Positions 18,157 through 26,075 of a DNA stretch of 45,804 nt are shown in pieces (within the stretch, counting starts at the first letter, position 1; the number at the start of each line of letters is the position of its first letter). The DNA is from Candidatus Sulfotelmatobacter sp. (GTDB lineage: Bacteria; Acidobacteriota; Terriglobia; Terriglobales; Acidobacteriaceae), in NCBI GenBank assembly GCA_049280795.1, contig JBAPQU010000326.1, positions 1 through 45,804 on the forward strand, read 5' to 3'. The position numbers and the translations under genes were made by a program. Below the pieces are notes generated by a model. The model was not told the origin of the DNA, made no database searches, and worked only from the letters and a program-made list of their open reading frames with translations.

Positions 18157-18816
18157 ATGGCAGCCGAACCTACTGTGATGGAGAGTACAAAAGCTCGAGA
18201 AGACGTGGCGCCAAGTACGGACCCAACTGTCCCATTCTGGCGTGGAGCTCGAGCTGTCTATACCGACAAAGCTCCCTACGGCCAGCGCCAACCTCGCTTC
18301 CGTACCGAGATCCTCTCGCGCTGGACAGAGAAGAATCTGTACTTCTTATTCGTTTGTCCTTATGAAGCGCTGAATCTCAAGCCCTCGCCCGACAGTGCAA
18401 GCGAAACATTTCAGCTTTGGGATTGGGATGTTGCCGAAGTCTTCATTGGTTCCGATTTCCAAAACATCCGCAGATATAAGGAGTTCGAGATGTCGCCGCA
18501 AGGGGAGTGGGTCGATCTCGACATTGACCTATCTCAGCCTCATCACGAAGAGGGCTGGAAGTGGAACTCTGGCTTCACGGTAGCCGCCCGCATCGATCCG
18601 GTCGCGAAAATTTGGTATGGAGCCATGCGCATCCCATTCTCGGCTTTGCAGGGCCACGCTCCGTCAGTTGGCGACAAGTTTCGAATCAATTTGTTTCGCA
18701 GCCAGGGCCCGCCGCCGAACCGGACCGAAGTCGTCTGGCAACCCACGATGAGTCCTACGTTCCACACTCCAGAAAAATTTGGCCTGCTGCGCCTGATCGC
18801 GGAACAGCCCAACTAG
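18157..18816 (+). CDS. CBM9-like / DOMON-like carbohydrate-binding domain protein
   Basis: Pattern FWRGARAVYTD...FRTEILSRWTEKNLYFLFVC...WDWDVAEVFIG...EFEMSPQGEWVDLDID...FRINLFR. ATG 18157 is the first canonical start after the SDR stop. An in-frame signal peptide is encoded just upstream (see findings), so the true start is uncertain (17965, or about 18076). Confidence 0.7.
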   Translation: MAAEPTVMESTKAREDVAPSTDPTVPFWRGARAVYTDKAPYGQRQPRFRTEILSRWTEKNLYFLFVCPYEALNLKPSPDSASETFQLWDWDVAEVFIGSDFQNIRRYKEFEMSPQGEWVDLDIDLSQPHHEEGWKWNSGFTVAARIDPVAKIWYGAMRIPFSALQGHAPSVGDKFRINLFRSQGPPPNRTEVVWQPTMSPTFHTPEKFGLLRLIAEQPN

Positions 18817-18878
18817 GTGCAGAATCCGGCAATCACGCTGTGATCATTGTCCCGGCAGAACTGGTGGTTGCCGCACTC

Positions 18879-19976
18879 TCAGGTCAGATCAACGCTGCTG
18901 ACTTCCTGGACCGCAGGCACAACGGCAGCACGTACAACGGGTAGAATGGCAGTCACTAGCGTTCCCTGGCCATTCGAGTGGATTTGCAGAGCGCCGCCGG
19001 ACTGCCGCAATCGTTCTCGCATTCCGCGAATCCCGACGCCGGCGTGCGCCGATGACCAGAACACCGAATCCTTTTCGGGCGGGATCCCTTTGCCTGCATC
19101 TTCGATCTCAACTTTCAAACAAGCATCGTCTTGAATAATGCGAATTCCGGCTGTGGGGCTCCCCGCATGACGATGAATATTGGTCAAACACTCCTGTACG
19201 ACCCGGAAGATGGCGAGTTCCATTTCTTTGGACAAACCTGGAAATTCCCGCGGGATGTCGAGTGTTGTATCGATTTTACTGCGTTCAGAGAATCCCTCGA
19301 CATACCAACGGAGCGCCGATGCCAGACCTGCTTCATCCAGCAAGGGAGGATGCAATAGATGGGAAATCGTGCGAATCTGTTTACTAGCCTCTCCCACCAT
19401 CGCAGCGTTCTCAGAGAGACGCTTGGCTGCGTCAGAGCTCAACTTATAAGATTCCGACTCCACCACAACACTGTTCATGCTTATGGCCGCAAGCAATTGC
19501 CCAACGCTATCGTGTAACTCACGCGCGATGTGTCTCCGTTCTTCGTCCCGCATGGTCGTGATCCGTGCGTTAAGCATTTCCAATTGCCGCGTCTTGCGAT
19601 GCAATTCCGCAAACACCCTCACTTTTGCTCGAAGCAACTCCGGAACAACTGGAACCGAAAGGTAATCGACAGCTCCGTGTTGATATCCCTTCAACCGGTC
19701 GACATCCGTCATATGAATCCCGGAGATGAAGACAATCGGTGTGTTTAGAAAGCGGGGGTGATCGTGGATCATCTGCGCCGTTTCGAAACCATCCATTCCG
19801 GGCATGCTAACGTCCAAGAGCACAACGGCAACATCGGTTTTCAGAAGGTGTTCCAGGGCTTCCATTCCCGAATGAGCCTTAATAAGGTTGTGCCCTAGTT
19901 CGCCGAGCATGGCTTCATAGCTGAGCAGTTTGCCCGGCTGGTCATCGACCATCAGGATGTTGACCCCATCATCCAT
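18879..19976 (-). CDS. Cytoplasmic hybrid sensor: N-terminal receiver + HisKA_3 histidine kinase
   Basis: REC domain ILMVDDQPG...VLLDVSMPGMDGFE...PIVFISG. H-box IARELHDSVGQ. HATPase N-box and G-boxes ECLTNIHRHA, IEDAGKGI, GVGIRGMRERL. There are no TM or sensor domains. ATG 19976 is preferred; 20021 is possible. Confidence 0.85.
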   Translation of the reverse strand: MDDGVNILMVDDQPGKLLSYEAMLGELGHNLIKAHSGMEALEHLLKTDVAVVLLDVSMPGMDGFETAQMIHDHPRFLNTPIVFISGIHMTDVDRLKGYQHGAVDYLSVPVVPELLRAKVRVFAELHRKTRQLEMLNARITTMRDEERRHIARELHDSVGQLLAAISMNSVVVESESYKLSSDAAKRLSENAAMVGEASKQIRTISHLLHPPLLDEAGLASALRWYVEGFSERSKIDTTLDIPREFPGLSKEMELAIFRVVQECLTNIHRHAGSPTAGIRIIQDDACLKVEIEDAGKGIPPEKDSVFWSSAHAGVGIRGMRERLRQSGGALQIHSNGQGTLVTAILPVVRAAVVPAVQEVSSVDLT

Positions 19977-20345
19977 GGCGCGCGTGGGTCTGGAAGTCCG
20001 TTGGGGAAAACCACTGCACATGCAACTGCAGTGTACGGAGATAGCCTCATGCTACTTATGGGTCCTCGCTGCATGGAATACAGGGAATCCTGTATCCACC
20101 ATAGAAACCGGGGGGGAAAGCGCCAGCATCGGCTAGGCAGCAAACTTTACCTTGCGGCTTCTCCGACAAAACTCCAATGGCCATAGGCAAGTCCCTGCTG
20201 CAGGAAGACTTTGGGTCGCCAAGTTGTTTGGCGGCAGAATTGCTTCTTTACCTGTGTCAGTTTCTTTTTTCAATTTTTTCTTCGAAGCGGGCGTCGTAAG
20301 GATTGTGAACTGAAGTCAATTGCCCGAGTTTTGGAGGTGACTACC

Positions 20346-20615
20346 TTGCGAGGCGACCCTACAGAGCGTTGGAGAGAACTGTGTGAGCGGGCCGTGGTTG
20401 AGCAAGACCCAGACAAGTTTGTAGCCACAGTCCAAAAGCTACTTCAAGTATTGGAGGAGCGCGAAGAAGCAACGGCACACCGCGATAGGGTATGCTTGCC
20501 ACCCATCGACCGTACTTTAAGTACCCGTATTTCTCAGGGTGGCTTCCTTCGCCGGGTCGTCTTTGTCTTGTTTATTCACTGTCGGAATGTCGTTTCGGGC
20601 CCGACGTTCCACTAG
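20346..20615 (+). CDS. Small helical protein of unknown function
   Basis: TTG at 20346 lies 8 nt after GGAGG. The N-terminal 40 aa, (M)RGDPTERWRELCERAVVEQDPDKFVATVQKLLQVLEEREE, fit a small-protein pattern that I recall as common in Acidobacteria. The C-terminal third overlaps the convergent ORF and looks less protein-like. Confidence 0.45.
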   Translation: MRGDPTERWRELCERAVVEQDPDKFVATVQKLLQVLEEREEATAHRDRVCLPPIDRTLSTRISQGGFLRRVVFVLFIHCRNVVSGPTFH

Positions 20616-20768
20616 GAATGGATAGGCGCCAAAACGCTCGCGCATGCGTTTGATGTGCACGTGCAACGCGTCCCGAAGTTCGACGAGTATCGACTGGACT
20701 TCCTCGTCGCCATTCTTGGCAAGAAGCTCCACGCACAGGCTGCGAATCTTGTCCTCGATACGAAGCAC
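20517..20768 (-). CDS. Small helical protein of unknown function
   Basis: GTG at 20768 lies 4 nt after AGGAG. (M)LRIEDKIRSLCVELLAKNGDEEVQSILVELRDALHVHIKRMRERF shows the same hR.LC......D....h..hh.eL...L pattern as the facing ORF. Confidence 0.5.
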   Translation of the reverse strand: MLRIEDKIRSLCVELLAKNGDEEVQSILVELRDALHVHIKRMRERFGAYPFLVERRARNDIPTVNKQDKDDPAKEATLRNTGT

Positions 20769-20934
20769 TACACTCCTGTAGCAGACGTGCAGTGGGGCAT
20801 ACTTAAGTTAACCGGGCTTTCCCCATATGGACAATACAGCACACCCTGTACATTGGGCCTCGCATAAAAGCTCGACCAGGACTTCTCGACAACATCGGAA
20901 TCCGCGCCAACGTAATTTTCGGTTTGCCCGTCAT

Positions 20935-22344
20935 TCAAGGCCCGATTTCGAGACCCAAAGAGTTGTGGGCGTTATTGAAGCAGATGTTCTGGATCGCCGT
21001 GCCGATCAGCTTTTCGTCGCTCGGCAGTTCGCCCCGTTCCATCTCGCCTCCCAGTAGATTGCAGAGTACGCGGCGAAAATATTCGTGCCGTGGAAACGAC
21101 ATGAACGAACGCGAGTCCGTCACCATGCCTATAAAGCGAGGGAGCAAGCCGGTTGCTGAAAGCGCATTCAGCTGCCATTCGATCCCTTCCTTCTGATCGA
21201 GAAACCACCAGCCACTGCCGTATTGGATCTTTCCCGCAATTGACGAATCCTGAAAATTCCCAATCGCTGTTGCGAACACGTAATTATCGGCCGGATTATT
21301 GTTGTAGATAATTGTCTTCGGCAGCGCGTTCTCGTTCTCCAGTAAATTGAGATAAGCATTAAGCTTCGCCGCTTGCGGCCAGTCTCCGATCGAATCGAAT
21401 CCAGTGTCAGGGCCGAGGCTGGAGAGACGGCGGGTGTTCACGTTGCGCAACGCGCCCAGGTGCAGTTGTTTCGTCCAGTTCTTTGCCGCGTCCAGATGTC
21501 CAAAGAAGAGCATCATGAAAGAGGCGAATTCTTCATGCTCTTCTGGACTGGCAGGCACACCCGACTGCACCCTGGCAAAGATCGCATCCGCCCGCGCTTC
21601 GTTGCAAGGATTCGCATAGCAATAAGGCAATCCGTGATCGGAAAGGCGGCAACCGCTCTCGTGGAAATATGCGTGGCGAAGTTCGAGAGCATGCAAGAAA
21701 GAAGCCAGGTTAGTAATAACAGTATTGCTGGCCGCGTGCAGGCGCTCAACCCACGGATTAAAAGTGTCCGGCTCTGAGACCTTGAGGCATCGATCCGGGC
21801 GGAATGTCGGGTACATGCGGAATTCGCAGCCGACTTTATTCACTTGCCGGTGATCCTGAAGACTGTCGCAGGGATCGTCGCTGGTGCAAAGCACCCGTAC
21901 TTTGAATTTCTTGAGAATGCCTCGGGCCGTGAGATCGCCCTTCGAGAGAATCGAATTTGCACGCTCCCAAATTGCCTCGGCAGATCGCTCGTCCAGCAGT
22001 TCATCGATCTCGAAGTAGCGCTTCAATTCCAAATGCGTCCATTGGTAAAGAGGATTCCGAATTGTGAACGGAACAGTGCGGGCCCAAGCCAGGAACTTCT
22101 CCTTCGGCGAAGCGTCACCAGTGCAGTAACGTTCGGAAATGCCGTTCGCTCGCATCGCTCTCCATTTGTAGTGATCCCCTTCAAGCGCGATGTCGAACAG
22201 ATCGCGGAAGCGGCGGTCCTGCGCCACATCGCCCGGCGGCAAATGCGAGTGATAGTCGTAAATGGGCTGGAGAGCGGCATAGTCTTCATAGAGCCGACGC
22301 GCCGTCTTTGAATAAAGCAAAAAGTCATCGTTGATGAAGGTCAC
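20935..22344 (-). CDS. uxaC: Glucuronate (uronate) isomerase
   Basis: Collinear with my recollection of E. coli UxaC (FINDDFLL..ARRLYEDYA..PIYDYHSHLPP..GDHYKWRAMRANG...FGSGWWF.DQK.G...SRSFMSFPRHEYFRR). GTG 22344 with GGGAG 6 nt upstream reproduces the M-T-x-F start. ATG 22395 would overlap exuT2 by 17 nt. Confidence 0.9.
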   Translation of the reverse strand: MTFINDDFLLYSKTARRLYEDYAALQPIYDYHSHLPPGDVAQDRRFRDLFDIALEGDHYKWRAMRANGISERYCTGDASPKEKFLAWARTVPFTIRNPLYQWTHLELKRYFEIDELLDERSAEAIWERANSILSKGDLTARGILKKFKVRVLCTSDDPCDSLQDHRQVNKVGCEFRMYPTFRPDRCLKVSEPDTFNPWVERLHAASNTVITNLASFLHALELRHAYFHESGCRLSDHGLPYCYANPCNEARADAIFARVQSGVPASPEEHEEFASFMMLFFGHLDAAKNWTKQLHLGALRNVNTRRLSSLGPDTGFDSIGDWPQAAKLNAYLNLLENENALPKTIIYNNNPADNYVFATAIGNFQDSSIAGKIQYGSGWWFLDQKEGIEWQLNALSATGLLPRFIGMVTDSRSFMSFPRHEYFRRVLCNLLGGEMERGELPSDEKLIGTAIQNICFNNAHNSLGLEIGP

Positions 22345-22378
22345 CCGAGTCTCCCTGTTATGGATTGTGCTGAGACAG

Positions 22379-23716
22379 CTATGCTTCTGCTGCACTGAAC
22401 TCTACCGGTTTCAGTCTCGGGACCAGGCCGTGAATGATCGCCAAGGCGATCAGATAAGCCGAGCCGGCCAGAAAGAATGGGACGGCGTAACTATGAGTTC
22501 GTTGCAAAAAATGAGAGACAATTTTCGCGATAAGCATTCCTCCGACGGCTCCTGCCGCGCCGCCAATCCCAACCACGGACGCAACCATCGTCCCGGGAAA
22601 CATGTCGGAAGACAAGGTATACAGGTTGCAGGAAAAACCCTGATGTGCTGCCGCCGCAATTCCGATTACCAAGATCACTCCCCACATCGATGAGATCCTG
22701 GGCGCGAAGACAATCGGTACGACGCAAACAGCACAAATCAGCATAGCAATTTTGCGGCTTGCGTTTACGGTTCTCCCGTGCTGTATAAAGGACGAAGAAA
22801 GCCATCCGCCGGCTACGCTGCCCACGTCCGAGATCAAATAAATTACGAGGATCGGCATCCCAATGTTCAAAAGAGCCACACCATGCTGGCGCTGAAGGAA
22901 ATCAGGAATCCAAAACAGATAGAACCACCAAATCGGATCGGTAATGAACTTCCCCAGCACAAAGGCCCAGGTCTGGCGATGAGCCAGCAGTTTGAACCAA
23001 CTTACTCGAATCGACGGCGCGATGGGATCACTACAAATGTATTCCAATTCAGATGGTGAGCAGGACGAATGCTCCTGTGGTCGACGATAGACCCAAAGCC
23101 ACAATGCCAGCCATCCGAATCCAACGCCGCCCAGAAGAAAGAAAGCCGATCGCCAACCCCAATGCACTGCAATCCACGGAATCAGCAGCGGCGTAGCGAT
23201 GGCGCCGAGATTGCTTCCGGCATTAAAGATGCCGGTAGCCAGTGCACGTTCTTTTTTCGGGAACCATTCCGCGACAGCTTTCAAACTGGCCGGAAATACC
23301 GCCGACTCACCCAAACCCAGGGCAAAGCGAGCCACGACAAAGCCCGTGAACGAACTCGCGAGACCGTGGGCCATTGAAGCCAGACTCCAGAAAGCCATCG
23401 CCAGCGCATAGCCGAGGCGTGTCCCAACTCGATCGATGAACCGTCCGACCAACACCATCCCCAGCGCGTAAGCGGCCTGGAAAGCAAATACCAGATTGCC
23501 GTAGTCAATTTCGCTCCAGCCCAGATCATGTTGCAGAGTTGTTTTCAGCACGCCGATGACTTGGCGGTCCATGTAGTTCTTCATGATGCCAAGCAGAAGA
23601 ACGGTGCAGATCACCCAACGAAAGCGTCCGACATGGCGAGCAATCTGCGCTGCGGCGCCCGTCTTCGATCCTGACGAGGATTCCGATCCAGGCCTCGAGA
23701 TGAAAGGAAGATTCAT
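22379..23716 (-). CDS. exuT: MFS hexuronate transporter (ExuT-like), second copy
   Basis: RFRWVICTVLLLGIMKNYMDRQVIGVLK, FPASLKAVAEWFPKKERALATGIFNAGSNLGAI, 12 TM. It is a paralog of 13686..15014. Confidence 0.8.
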   Translation of the reverse strand: MNLPFISRPGSESSSGSKTGAAAQIARHVGRFRWVICTVLLLGIMKNYMDRQVIGVLKTTLQHDLGWSEIDYGNLVFAFQAAYALGMVLVGRFIDRVGTRLGYALAMAFWSLASMAHGLASSFTGFVVARFALGLGESAVFPASLKAVAEWFPKKERALATGIFNAGSNLGAIATPLLIPWIAVHWGWRSAFFLLGGVGFGWLALWLWVYRRPQEHSSCSPSELEYICSDPIAPSIRVSWFKLLAHRQTWAFVLGKFITDPIWWFYLFWIPDFLQRQHGVALLNIGMPILVIYLISDVGSVAGGWLSSSFIQHGRTVNASRKIAMLICAVCVVPIVFAPRISSMWGVILVIGIAAAAHQGFSCNLYTLSSDMFPGTMVASVVGIGGAAGAVGGMLIAKIVSHFLQRTHSYAVPFFLAGSAYLIALAIIHGLVPRLKPVEFSAAEA

Positions 23717-24085
23717 ACCAAAATTGCGACTACCGGATGGTTTGCATGGCGTACAAAGAGATCAAACCGCTCGCCAGTAACTTCCGTTTGCTCCGCTGCA
23801 ATGGAAGCATCGATACCAGAGCGCCCGACGATCATCGAACCGATGCGACCGAAAGCGGACGCGGCCGACTTTGGATCGAACTCATGCTGAAGGCATTCCG
23901 CCGAAGCGCTTGCTGTGGGCAACCAGCCTCGGCACCGAATTGCGCCTGCCAGGATGTAAGATAATCGTCATTCTATCTGGTTAATTGGATTCGCACCGAT
24001 GCGGCGACAGCCGAATTCTTTGAGCGAATCATCAAAAAACGCGGGCGCTCTACACCAGCAGTAAGGAAAACATTCGAGAGATCCG

Positions 24086-25618
24086 ATGCTCACACGACGA
24101 AAGTTCCTTGCCACCGCGGCGTGTACCCTGGCTGCGGCACGTCTTCATGCGCAGGGCCAAAGCAAGGTCCGCGTTGCCCTCAGCATCCCAAGGGATACGA
24201 CTGGTCCGCATATGCCGATCGACTTTGTCGGGCTGTCTTATGAGGTCCAGCAACTCAGGGATCCCATTTTTTTTTCTGCCCAGAACAGTGGCCTGATTTA
24301 CGAGTTCAAAGCACTATCCTCAACTGGCGTTCTTCGCCTTGGGGGCAATACCAGCGAATTCGCTTACTGGAAACCTAAGCCCGACTCTCCCGAGCCGGAG
24401 CATCCTCAAGTGCGGGAGGTCGTGGGCGAGCCGAAAGCGCAGTATTACGCGGTGACGCCCGAGGCGGTCAGGAACCTGGCGGAGTTTCTCCAAACCGCGG
24501 GTTGGAACTGCATCTACGGCATCGGGATGGGCACGAATACACCCGCACGCGCCGCCGAGGAAGCGGCTTTTGTAGCGGAGGCGCTGGGCGACCGCCTCCA
24601 GTATTTCCAGATCGGAAACGAGGCGGATCTATTTGACCATCACCTGCGCGATCCGAAGACATGGTCTGCCAAGACGTATCTCCAAGAATGGCTCGCGCTG
24701 GCGCGGGCTATTGCAGTTCGGGTGCCGGCAGCAAAGTTCGGCATGCCGGATGTTGCGAGCAACGCTTCATGGCTGACCGACATTGCTGACGAGTGGCCTT
24801 CCATCCAGAACCCGCTGCACGTAACCACGCTCACTCATCATTATTACTTTGGCGGACCGGCAACGAATCCCGAGGTCAACATTCCGAACCTGCTGAAACC
24901 GGCGACGATGCAGAAGGTGCAGAACACGGCGAATATCGCATCGGCCGCCGCCAGCAAGATGAGTGCGCGCGTACGCATGACCGAAGGCAACACTTGCTAT
25001 CGCGGAGGCAAGCCGGGCGTCTCCGACGTATTTGCCGCTGCGCTTTGGTCTGCCGACTATTCGCTGCTGTTGGCCAGTAATGACTATTCCGGCCTCAACC
25101 TGCACGGTGGTACGGGCAAGTCCGTGGCCAATTCCGTTGGCGGATCTCTACCCGGCGACGCGCTTCTCGAAGCGAAAGGCGAAACTCCCGAACAGATTGC
25201 CACGCATCCGCATCCTTTCTATACACCGATCGGGACATTTGGTTCGGACTATGTGTTGGAGCCAGTCGCGTATGGGCTCAAGTTTGCGGGCTCGTTCAGC
25301 GGCGGAACACTGTTGAAGTCCGAGTTTTCGGCGAAGCTGCAGGATGCGGGAGTCAATGCAACGGCCTATGCCGCAAAACTGCCTGGCGGGCACACATCCG
25401 TAATCATTCTGAACAAGGACGCGGTAGCGGACGTTGAGGTAGAACTCGACTTTGGTAGCGACACGAGTGGAGTGGTCGAAACCGAGACATTACACGCACC
25501 GGCACTCGACAGCCGCGAAGCGCACATTACGACGTCAAAGAAGACGGAGTCGCTGAAGCAGGGCAAGTGCTCCGTGGGTGTTCCTCATGCGACGGGAGTG
25601 CGTGTGACAGCAGGTTGA
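24086..25618 (+). CDS. TAT-exported glycoside hydrolase family 79 (beta-glucuronidase-like)
   Basis: Signal MLTRRKFLATAACTLAAARLHAQ. GH79 blocks are LRLGGNTSE and FQIGNEADLF (acid/base Glu in NE). The nucleophile region is RMTEGNT. A C-terminal beta-sandwich follows. Confidence 0.8.
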   Translation: MLTRRKFLATAACTLAAARLHAQGQSKVRVALSIPRDTTGPHMPIDFVGLSYEVQQLRDPIFFSAQNSGLIYEFKALSSTGVLRLGGNTSEFAYWKPKPDSPEPEHPQVREVVGEPKAQYYAVTPEAVRNLAEFLQTAGWNCIYGIGMGTNTPARAAEEAAFVAEALGDRLQYFQIGNEADLFDHHLRDPKTWSAKTYLQEWLALARAIAVRVPAAKFGMPDVASNASWLTDIADEWPSIQNPLHVTTLTHHYYFGGPATNPEVNIPNLLKPATMQKVQNTANIASAAASKMSARVRMTEGNTCYRGGKPGVSDVFAAALWSADYSLLLASNDYSGLNLHGGTGKSVANSVGGSLPGDALLEAKGETPEQIATHPHPFYTPIGTFGSDYVLEPVAYGLKFAGSFSGGTLLKSEFSAKLQDAGVNATAYAAKLPGGHTSVIILNKDAVADVEVELDFGSDTSGVVETETLHAPALDSREAHITTSKKTESLKQGKCSVGVPHATGVRVTAG

Positions 25619-25685
25619 GTCGTTTCCGTTCCAAGGCGTTGTGCAACAGTTGATCGTAATCACTTGTGCAGTTAGACTCCGCTGA

Positions 25686-26075
25686 ATGCACACTGTTTCG
25701 ATTTTTCACAAAATTTTCCGCGAACTCTACGGGAAGCCATGCTGGAATGTAAAACCAGGATACGGTTCGTTCCTTACTCTTGAGTTCGGAAAACCGCACT
25801 TAGATGTTCGCGAGCCAACTGTCGCGAGCAAAGACATCTCTCAAAAAGTGCGTAGGCTTTTGGCTCGCCGGAGTGTTTTTGTTCATGGCGAGTGGTATCT
25901 GAGAATCGATTCTTGCGCTTGGGAGGTTCTGTCTAACGGCAGACATGTTGGAAATGGCACGACTAAACGTAGTATGCGACGGGCTTCCGATTTGTTAGAT
26001 GGCCAGCAATCGCAGGCTTTTCTATGCCGGCTGGATTATGCGTTCTGCTCTTCGCGTCGCGTCAGCAGGAAGTAA
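25686..26075 (+). CDS. Hypothetical small protein (immunity-protein-like pattern)
   Basis: LYGKPCWNVKPGYGSFLTLEFGKP...GEWYLRIDSCAWEV resembles a small beta-rich family that I associate with immunity or orphan genes. There is no clear RBS. The last 40 nt overlap the convergent RND gene. Confidence 0.45.
   Translation: MHTVSIFHKIFRELYGKPCWNVKPGYGSFLTLEFGKPHLDVREPTVASKDISQKVRRLLARRSVFVHGEWYLRIDSCAWEVLSNGRHVGNGTTKRSMRRASDLLDGQQSQAFLCRLDYAFCSSRRVSRK

Noticed and set aside
20017-20095. Short inverted repeats in the kinase/small-ORF divergent region: CACTGCA-N8-TGCAGTG at 20017-20038, and ATACAGG-gaat-CCTGTAT at 20078-20095.
   Set aside because: Arms of 7 bp are expected many times by chance in 45 kb, and there is no second copy or positional argument.
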